Shown here: positions 55,601-64,000 of the stretch, one piece after another
Layout: each line of letters opens with the position of its first letter
How positions within the stretch are numbered: position 1 is the first letter of the stretch
Assembly (NCBI GenBank): GCA_946965045.2
Contig: OX337234.1
Coordinates: forward strand, 2,046,001 to 2,110,000
Reading direction: 5' to 3'
Source of the DNA: Epithemia pelagica
Lineage: Eukaryota > Protista > Bacillariophyta
DNA: 64,000 nucleotides
The notes under the pieces: model-generated
The model's input: the letters and a program-made list of their open reading frames with translations, nothing else
Told to the model about the DNA's origin: nothing
Databases searched by the model: none
Made by a program: the position numbers and the translations under genes

Positions 55601-57912
55601 GAGGATTCACCAGTATTCTCAGAACCGGATTCGGCAGTGATTGCGACATCCGCATTCGGTGGTTTGTCCTTGGAATCGCTAACATTTGCTTCGATGTCCA
55701 CGCGAGGGGCGGGCTCATCTTCCTTTACCACAGATATCAAATCGTTTTCTGGGGTTTTCTCGTCATTGCCTTCGTGTTCTTGAGACTTAACCGAGAGAGC
55801 ATCTGCAGGAGCTTCAGCCTCTGCATGGACAGGCGATGCTAAATCAAGTTTGATTTCAGCGGATTTCGAGACGCTTTTCACCGATTCACTCTCATGCGTC
55901 TTCTCACCAATAGAAGTTTCGTGACTGGGTGGAATCTCTGGCAGTTTTCGATGTGCGGATGATGCATCGATTTCCAAATCGGGTTGCGGATTTTCCTCTT
56001 CCTCCGGTTTGTTTTCTGTCGGTGTTTTTACCAATGCGTCTTCTTTGTTTTCTGCTGTGGTCGAAGAAGCGGAAACAGTTGGCTCTCCGATTTTCTCCTC
56101 CGTTTCCGATTTGAGAGCACTTGTTTCAGAGATTGGGTGAGTATCGTTGACAGCCTTTCCTTCTTCGCCATCACTACTAGGCTCCTTGGGTAAGCTCTTT
56201 TCGTCCCTTTCGTCGACTTTGTCCGAAGGCAAAACATCATAACGAATGACCTTGTCGGGTGGCGGGTCTGTTGCTTCGCTTGGCTTCTCAGCTTCATCTG
56301 TGTTTGTGGCTACAGATGATGTCGTTGTAGGTTTGGGAATAACTTCATTTTCCTTCTCATCTTCCACGTCAGGAATCGCTTCTTTCTCCTTTTCCGGTGG
56401 CTCAACGTTAGGCATCGCTTCTTTCTCGTTCTCTTGTCCTGTAACGTTGGGTATCGACTGATTTTTATTTTCGAGTCCTTCAACGTCTGAAGTCGTCTCT
56501 TTGTCCTGTTCTTTCATGTCAATGGACGATGCTGGTGGATCACAATCGGATGATGCAATGGTCCTTGTCGAAGATCCTGTGGGAGTACAAGAATCCGGAA
56601 GTGCTGTCAGGATGGCCGCGACTTCCGCTGAATCATGTTATTTCGTTGAGAAAAACAAGTTAAATGGTGGGGTTTCGTCGTCACCGTCAGTTCAAATTCT
56701 ACGACACCATTTGATCATCGGAATCATTATCCAACCGGACGTACCTGTGGCGGATGCAAAATCTTTGGAATCCAGAGAAGTCGAGGATTGAGGCGCTAGG
56801 TGATCGGGTCTGGGTACAGAGCCATCCTGCGCTGAAGTATCCGCTGTAGTACTTATGATCTTGTTCGTACTAAAGGTTTCACTTTTGGAAACTTGTTGTG
56901 GCTGTGGCGATGACGATGTGGCGTTTGAGAGAAGTGGCGTTTGAGTCTCATTTTCAGTCCCTCTAGTGTTTGGTACTTCCTCTGTTTTCCCGGATGATGC
57001 CGACACCGGGGCGGATGCTAACGCTAATATCATGACGGCTGCCAAGTCCTCTTGAGCCGATGTAGATTCACTTTGCTGGAGCACTGGCTCGGCAAGAGGG
57101 AGAGAGTTTTCCTTTGGTGGAGTTTTCGAAATCTCCTCGTCCCTGTGTTTTGCGCTCCAGGCCACTGCTCGCCGTCGTTTGCTTCTTCGCAACGTCGTAT
57201 CTTCTGCTGGAGTTTCATTGGTGCCAATGGTATCCGATGCTACCGCTGGCTGGGATTCGGACGTCGGATCGGTGGAAGAGGGTTGTGTTCGTTTTCCTTG
57301 CAATTGACCTTTTCGTGATACCTTGGTTCCAGAACGATCCTGGTCCGTGCCTGCAGCCGAAGGATTGCCTACTTTATCTAATTCTTGTAGCTCGTCTCCT
57401 TCGGAAGGAAGTGGTAACTGGGCCAAAGAGTCCACAGTATCTTTCTGTTTCGGAGGTCGGCCTCTTTTCCGAGGACCTCTCTTTCCCTTGCCAGAATCAG
57501 CCTTTGTTCCATCGGCTTTGGTGCCTCCTTTCTTTTTGGTTGCAGTGGAAGCTTTCTTGGTCGTTTCTTTGCTGGTCTTTCCACCCTGTTGTTGTTCCAT
57601 TTCTTCTTGTTTCTCGATGTGGGGTGAAGTGGATCGTCGCGTGGTCCGTCGCAATCCTCGGCGAGTATTAGTCGCCGTCGACGATTCTGTGGCAACGGGA
57701 TCCTGAATCACCTCCTCCACTGGCTTGTCGACCAGTTCCGCACTAATTTTTGTTTCCTCCGCTTCCTTGTCTTCCGTGTTGGCCTCTTCCTCGGGAGCAG
57801 GAGAGATTCCATCGTTGATGGAAGACGTTGAAGTATTCCCATCCCCGGACGTTGCTGTTGCGGCAATTTTGGCCAAGGTAACAGCCGCGGCTTTGCGACG
57901 AGGACGTGCCAT
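49657..57912 (-). CDS. Very large (about 2,700 aa) nuclear protein: AT-hook, long acidic disordered region and C-terminal Tada1/Ada1-like domain; 3 exons
   Basis: ORFs 56692-57912, 50824-56517 and 49657-50787 join in frame through GT-AG introns at about 56744-56628 and 50870-50806. Motifs are KRGRPPK, YWDSM...KLHNKLV|GLLRQC and a histone-fold-like AANMKVSEDAVWLMIISAKEYARTVL. Confidence 0.7.
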
Positions 57913-58229
57913 GATAGCCTCTTACTTTGACTTTCCAAATCTGTTTCGTCAACCCGCCAAGAGGAAACAAACCATCCACACTTGCCCGCCAAGTCCTTCC
58001 ACAAAGATGTAATTTGTGGAAATGGTTTTTTCATCCATTTTGTGGTACTTAAAGTATTATAGAGGTACTATAAGATCATACTATCTGTAAAAGTGTACGG
58101 GGTATTTTCACGTCAGGCCGACAGCAACAACCATCAAATAATCACCGCATTGCACATTGAACGACGCCCATCGCGAACTCTGAGCTCCGTTCCACTGCGG
58201 TCTCTTCTGGATTTAGTTCAAGCGAAACC

Positions 58230-58940
58230 ATGTTGGCTTCTCTTTCAAGAAAGTACGTTTGATACGTCTGGACAGTGATAGTGATCCGTTCGCCGTGTTC
58301 ACTTTGAGCTCGTGGTACTCCGTTTGAGCCGTGGTGCCGATGTCGTAGCTCTTGTGTGCCTGCTGTTGATGCTCTGCTCAATTTCCCTTGATGTTTTATG
58401 GTTTGATTCAGCTCCGCTGCCAGGTTGGTAACCCGATCTGCTATTCGTTCGTCGAACGTTGCAGTCCGTGGATTTGCTTCAGACGACAAGGAGACGAAGC
58501 CGCGTGGAATGCCCTTTGGCTTGGACAAGGTGTTGGGCACCGGTACCGAGGAATCGGACAATCTGATTGCCACTGACCGTGACCACAAGTTGCGTAAGGG
58601 AAATATTCCTGATTATCTTCCCGATGATGTGAAGAAAGATTTGGATGACTTGGGTGTAGACAATATTGAAGAGTTGGATTACATGGAAGAAGAGAATGCG
58701 GATGGGTACAACGAGTTGGGTTTGGTGCCACCAGAAGGAACGGGAACTTTCCGGTCTCCCATTCTGGTTCCCAGTAGACGAGCCTCCCGTCAAGTAGGAT
58801 ACACGGATCCTGTCAGCCATGCGGTGTACTGGTTCACCATCCACAACGACGATAACACCTACTACATCAAAGACCTCGGACTCTTTTTCAAAATGCTACA
58901 CATTCCGGATGAAAATGCCCATGCAGGGGGACACCATTAA
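58230..58940 (+). CDS. COX5B: Cytochrome c oxidase subunit 5b-like (2 exons)
   Basis: Mitochondrial presequence MLASLSR|..AARLVTRSAIR...RGFAS, then GTFRSPILVPS...RQVG...VYWF...GLFFKM. Confidence 0.7.
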
Positions 58941-59478
58941 TAACTGTGAATCTAGAGACACGCAAGATGTACGCTGCGTGATCTCATTCGCATAAAAGGA
59001 AAAATTAGCCGTAGCTCTCTGCCATTCAGAGATAAAGAGGACAACAAGTACATAGCAACGTGACTGCCAAATACCCTCTGCATACTAGCAAAAGGGGATG
59101 ATTTAATTTTATGGACGGGTTCAGCAGCTCAAAAGTTTTTGCGTCCGGTGAGGAAATATCATCACCCATTCAGTAGCCGTGCTGTATACTAATCCTATGA
59201 TGTTAGAGTCCGCCATCGCCAGCTATAGAGACTACCTAGGTCTCCGTTGGGAATGGGATAAGAATGAAAAGAGTATGAAAAACGGGAAATGTTTCTAATT
59301 CATGTTTAATACTTCTACCTGCGTCAATTCTTGAATGACGGTTGTTGATTTGTGCAATATATGTATATATCAATACTAACGTAACAAAACAGAGTGTGCG
59401 CGTGTGTCCACAGAGGACGAGGACAAGGAGGAGATGGTGCCCCCCTTTTTTGTCCATGCCCATCGTCGTCGTCGTCTT

Positions 59479-62400
59479 TTAATGTTGCAAATGGGATGCA
59501 TCTCGAGGAAATGGAATCACCAGTGGCATGGTGACTCCCGTACTTAACCCAATGAGTACTTTGGAAAAGTTGGACCGTTGCACAAATTTCGAATTGGTCG
59601 AACATCCACGAGCATAAATAAAGGATACAATCACAACCGATTCAAACAATCCCAAATGTGCCAAATCGGGTGTCCGGTTAGGTGGAGTGGTGTGCTGATG
59701 ATGTCGGCGCGGAACAAAGGGTGTTCCATCCAATCGTTCCAACCGCTTTTGAAAGCGATCGTCCCAATCAACTTCTTTCATTTCTTCTCCCCGTCTTCGT
59801 GTGGATGCATCCACGGTTATTTTTTGATTGCGAATGGAAATTCGATCATCATTGTAAGTGTGGTGATGTGTGCTGGACGACGAACATCCAATATTTTGAA
59901 TGACAGTCCGCAACTCCAAAATGGGAAGAGATGTGTAATCGCCCTTGCCAGGAAGGTCGGGCCTTCGACGAGTGCTTCGCAAGGTTTCCCCATTGCTCCG
60001 TTCGACCAAGAATACCCACGCACTCACTTTATGCGGCATTTGTGCTTCTCCCAACAGAAACATACCGTCGTGAATAAAGGGTGGCATGACATTGGCCCGG
60101 TCCATGCTGCGATACAGTGACAAGGAAGGTGTGGTGATACCTTCGTCTTCGTCGTCCAGTTTGGCATGCCATTGCCGAACATTGAAAAATCCAAACCGAG
60201 CTGTTGCAAGGCCTTGCCAAACCATATCACTCGTAAATACGCCCATGGAATTCAAGCCTTTGCAGAGCCTTTGACATCGCACCAAAGATGTCGGATCCAG
60301 AAAGGAGGCCACAAGAGTCATGATTCTGTGATTGGAGAAGACGGCAGTCTCGGACGTACTGTCTTGGTTTGAGTCGTTTGGAACAATCTCAATGGTGTGA
60401 ATGGGCATAACGTGCTGAGGGTCGGCTTCCGTTCCTTCATTGAGCTTTTGTCGCTTGAAGGAAGAAGCAAGGTGATCCATACTTGTCGTCACCGGAGAGG
60501 ATTCTTCTCTCCTCTTGGTGTGATGAGGGGATGACCGTAAAGCAACATCAAAGGCAACGGGATGATTATCAGTCGTTTGTTCTTTGAACGCTGCTGTTTC
60601 CAGCAAATTTGGATCGTTTTGGTTGTTCGTCTCGGGGTGATGTGTGGATTCAGGTGGATTGACTACCGAGGCTTCCATCACAACCTCCATTGAGTCTCTT
60701 CCTCCTTGTTGTTGTGGTTCGTCAGACAAGGGTTGATGTGGACTCTGTGTCCGGGGTTCGGATGTTGCCGCTGTTGCTTGTTCGACGGCCCGTCCGAGAT
60801 CGGATTCATGTTGCTGATGGACCGTGGCCAATTCTCGCATCAAGGATTCGCATTGGGCATTGAGAGCATGAATTAACGAGGCCGCCGATCCCACAAAGGA
60901 GGGCCGATCCCATTTCTTGGCCGAGTCGCAGGTTTCGACACATTCTCGACAAATATCCAATCCGGCTTGACGACACACGGTGCTGCCCATGGACGGCAGG
61001 GCCATCCAATGGTCGGCCCGTTCTTTCGATTGTGTTCCCGCCAAGCTAATGGCGACGGACAAGCGTTCAATGGATTCGTTCAATTTGACGCGGGCATCCT
61101 TGGCTCGTTGCTTTTTGCGTTCGTAGGCCGCAAATTGATGATTGCCGCCCGACTTCTCACCCACCTTGTTGTTGTTGTTCGTGGGGACTCCCGCCGCTGC
61201 CGTGTGGCTCCCACTACTACTAGTGGCAGCAGCGGTCGACGACGCCAGACCATTCGATGATGCGAGGGCCGGTTGGCCCGACGCCGTCGTCCTATGAATG
61301 CCATTGGAGGTTGGTTGGGGGCGAAATGGTTTTCGTACCGTGCCTGTTGTTGTTGTTGTGGTTGCCAAAAGGGGAGGAGGTATGGATGGTACCACATGGG
61401 TTCGACCAAACCCATATTTGGATTTTTGTTCCGAAGCTCGAAAAATGGCGGGAGTTGGTTGAAAGGAAGACGACGAAAAGGAAGACGCCGTCGGCAGAGA
61501 GGTACTGGACGAGTAGGTGGAAGAGTGAGACTTGTTGTTGTTGTTGTTGGTCGAGGACGAAAGTGGCCGTTTGCTTCCAGTGGTACTGTTGCTGCTGGTT
61601 GTGACCGGTGGGGCAGTGGAGAAGCTACGGATCGAGGTCGCACCCGACGGTATTGTCGTCGTTGTCGTTGTCGTCGAGGAGGATGTGGTCCTTGTTGGGG
61701 GGCCCAACGATAATGCCGTGGCGGTGGGTCCGTTCATGGATCGCGCCTGGGGAGATCCGGGGGGACTAATTTTTTTGGTCGGAATGGGCAAGGGAATGGG
61801 TCGTACCGAATAGGGCTCCTTATGGAAGGACGACGATCGATGACGTCTTGTCGTTGTCGTCGTCGTCGTCGTGGAGGGGTGGGAGGCCGTTGTCGTCGTG
61901 GTTATTGCGTGGTTGGTACTACTCGTGTCCATGGGTCCCGTCAAGGGTGCGGGTGTCGTTGTTGTGGTGGTGGAGGAGGCCGATTCCGGTGGTTGCAACT
62001 GCTGCAAGGCTTGATAGGTTTCATGACGTTGTCGAATTTCCGACAAGGGTGTCGGATCGACGCCTTGCAAATCGGTTTCCAACAAGGTATCCAAGGCATC
62101 CTTCATATTGACCGCCGTATCCAATGTGGAGGTTGTTGTGGTTGTTGTTTGACTGTGAGCATAGGGAACATGTCGATCGGATCGACTCAAAAAGAGTTCG
62201 GCCAATTTGGAAGAATCCGTAGTGGGGTTGGTGGTGCGGGTGGTACCTGAAGGGGACAAAGAAGAAGATGACGACGACGAAAACAAGAAATTACTGGGAA
62301 ATTGGGGAGGATGCAACTTGGTCGTCAAGGAAGACGATGTGGCAAAGCGAGGGGGTGGTTTCGGACCACCAATCAAGGACTGTGATGCAGAGCCTGCCGT

Positions 62401-63252
62401 GCGGTTGTTACGAGTGCCAGTGTCACTGGCAGCAAACGTTAGGTTCCCCTCTTGGCTTTGGAGGGTCGTCGTCGGAGTGCCACCATCGGCTCGAACCGTT
62501 CGACGCACGGCCGATCGATTGACGGGCAAATTAAAGGTGGGCAATTTGGCATTGTCTTGCAAATGCATGTGCACACCCGGAGGATGAATCCGCCACGAGG
62601 CATCGTCCATTCGTCCACGACCATCGAGCTGGTGCTTTCGAGGAGAGGACGTCCAGTGGGAAGTGTCCTCGTCCAGCTCCATGGGAGCGGCGGTGTCAAG
62701 AGTCGAAGGGGCGCCTCCTCCATTCGTTGTGGCAAGAGCCGCAGTGGCAGGATTCAATGCTGGTCGGGAGGATGACATGGGCGATCCTCCCGAACCCAAG
62801 GAGAGTAAATCATCCACAATGCTATCCCACCCATCCATGGGGACCACCAACGGATCGTCGTCCTGGGGTGGTGGTGGAGGTTGTAATGGTGGTTGTTGCT
62901 GTTGTGCCGTTTGAGTGGGAGGAGGTGTCAAGGAAGAGGACAAAGACGAAGAAGCACCCGTTGTCTTGGAGGCTGTAGTGATGGATCCTGTCGCATTCAG
63001 TGTTCCATTTGTCATCTTCAACAATGTGGAGGAGGACGGAGGATTGGAGTGTTCGGATGGCATTCGTTGTTGGGACAAGTTGTTCTGCGGAGTGGTGCTG
63101 GACGTATGGCTTGCGTTGATCGCTTTCGTGGCATTCAAAGTGTGGTTCTTTGTGCTGTTGGAAGAAATGGATGGATCATGATTGCCTTCCGACATTTGTT
63201 GTTTGGCGGAACGAACGGTAAGGGGTGGATCTGCCATCATCACCACCACCAT
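59479..63252 (-). CDS. bHLH-like plus F-box-like protein with a long S/T-rich N-terminus
   Basis: RKKQRAKDARVKLNESIERL...KWDRPSFVGSAASLIHAL followed by a coiled coil, and IMTLVASFLDPTSLVRCQRLCK...SDMVWQ. Confidence 0.75.
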   Translation of the reverse strand: MVVVMMADPPLTVRSAKQQMSEGNHDPSISSNSTKNHTLNATKAINASHTSSTTPQNNLSQQRMPSEHSNPPSSSTLLKMTNGTLNATGSITTASKTTGASSSLSSSLTPPPTQTAQQQQPPLQPPPPPQDDDPLVVPMDGWDSIVDDLLSLGSGGSPMSSSRPALNPATAALATTNGGGAPSTLDTAAPMELDEDTSHWTSSPRKHQLDGRGRMDDASWRIHPPGVHMHLQDNAKLPTFNLPVNRSAVRRTVRADGGTPTTTLQSQEGNLTFAASDTGTRNNRTAGSASQSLIGGPKPPPRFATSSSLTTKLHPPQFPSNFLFSSSSSSSLSPSGTTRTTNPTTDSSKLAELFLSRSDRHVPYAHSQTTTTTTSTLDTAVNMKDALDTLLETDLQGVDPTPLSEIRQRHETYQALQQLQPPESASSTTTTTTPAPLTGPMDTSSTNHAITTTTTASHPSTTTTTTTTRRHRSSSFHKEPYSVRPIPLPIPTKKISPPGSPQARSMNGPTATALSLGPPTRTTSSSTTTTTTTIPSGATSIRSFSTAPPVTTSSNSTTGSKRPLSSSTNNNNNKSHSSTYSSSTSLPTASSFSSSSFQPTPAIFRASEQKSKYGFGRTHVVPSIPPPLLATTTTTTGTVRKPFRPQPTSNGIHRTTASGQPALASSNGLASSTAAATSSSGSHTAAAGVPTNNNNKVGEKSGGNHQFAAYERKKQRAKDARVKLNESIERLSVAISLAGTQSKERADHWMALPSMGSTVCRQAGLDICRECVETCDSAKKWDRPSFVGSAASLIHALNAQCESLMRELATVHQQHESDLGRAVEQATAATSEPRTQSPHQPLSDEPQQQGGRDSMEVVMEASVVNPPESTHHPETNNQNDPNLLETAAFKEQTTDNHPVAFDVALRSSPHHTKRREESSPVTTSMDHLASSFKRQKLNEGTEADPQHVMPIHTIEIVPNDSNQDSTSETAVFSNHRIMTLVASFLDPTSLVRCQRLCKGLNSMGVFTSDMVWQGLATARFGFFNVRQWHAKLDDEDEGITTPSLSLYRSMDRANVMPPFIHDGMFLLGEAQMPHKVSAWVFLVERSNGETLRSTRRRPDLPGKGDYTSLPILELRTVIQNIGCSSSSTHHHTYNDDRISIRNQKITVDASTRRRGEEMKEVDWDDRFQKRLERLDGTPFVPRRHHQHTTPPNRTPDLAHLGLFESVVIVSFIYARGCSTNSKFVQRSNFSKVLIGLSTGVTMPLVIPFPRDASHLQH

Positions 63253-63687
63253 GGGGAAGACTCGAATTCACAACAAGTGTCAATGACACGACACGAAAAA
63301 GATGGAGATCCAGTTCTCTAGTTGCTGGGCTGTCTTGCAGATATAGAGCGTCTGCTGTCTTGGCAAGAATGTTGTGTCCTCTGGTATATTATTTTCTCCG
63401 CACTATTCGTATTCCAAAAGGCCTCTTGTTGTTGTTGTTGTCGTTGTCGAAGGAATGAATCTCTTCGTGACAAAACATGGGACAGAAACCGGGTGCAGAT
63501 GACACGGCGGAGAAAGCGTTGGATCAATGGTTTACTTCCGCGCAGAAATTGCCGGCGCCAAAAGGGCGCACGGAAGCACGTGATTGGTAGAGATGATGAG
63601 CGCTCGAGAGTATGACGTATCCGCGACCTTTTCAGTCGCATTCACGTGGCGGAAGACAGACAGAAGAAACCTTAGCGGGAGTGGATT

Positions 63688-64000
63688 CTACAAGGAATTT
63701 ACCGCGACCATGACCAAAATTGGATCTTTCTCGGATAGAGATGTGATGTCTATGATATATGATGATAGAGCATTTCTGCCCTCTTTATTGACATTCCATG
63801 ACATCCTACTCCTTGCGTTGTAGATCCACACCATTCCCTTTCGAGAGTCCATTCGCCGTCGTTTCTTCTTTGAACCATGGGAAGTTGGACGATTATTAGT
63901 GTCTTGCAATTTGGAGCCGTCGGAGATGGAGTGACGGACGATACTCGGGCCTTTCGAGCCGCCCTGGGCTTTCTCGCCGCTGTCGGAGGAGGCCAACTAC
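63688..64000 (-). CDS. Possible 3' end of a gene entering from the right edge
   Basis: Open frame to the window edge with a basic KKKRRR stretch. No family recognised. Confidence 0.25.

Noticed and set aside
63577-63648. Two CACGTG E-boxes upstream of the bHLH-F-box gene as autoregulatory sites
   Set aside because: Hexamers are common by chance, and this bHLH lacks the basic-region Glu needed for E-box recognition.

Overview
Gene-dense, intron-containing eukaryotic nuclear DNA, most likely from a pennate diatom. The evidence for this is a VDL gene, an RCCR-like gene with a bipartite plastid presequence, a SET-aminopropyltransferase-AdoMetDC fusion and short GT-AG introns. About 20 host protein genes are visible. 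The standout region is 3.7-14.1 kb. A highly divergent Argonaute that has lost most of its slicer residues is followed by two tandem, identical tRNA-Leu(CAA) genes. The second tRNA gene is split in its variable-arm loop by an apparently intact 5,093-bp DNA transposon (8950-14042). The element has 21-bp terminal inverted repeats, a 3-bp TTC target-site duplication, an array of about 18 palindromic 20-bp repeats and a 1,109-aa DDE-type transposase. The transposase motifs resemble, from recall, those of the small-RNA-gene-targeting Dada group, but the TIR/TSD architecture differs from what is described for that group. Other notable genes are a candidate long-chain-polyamine synthase fusion with degenerate AdoMetDC domains, a bHLH-F-box fusion, a cysteine-free COX5B-like protein and a roughly 2,700-aa AT-hook/Tada1-like protein. 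All family assignments come from reading motifs by eye. No database searches were run.
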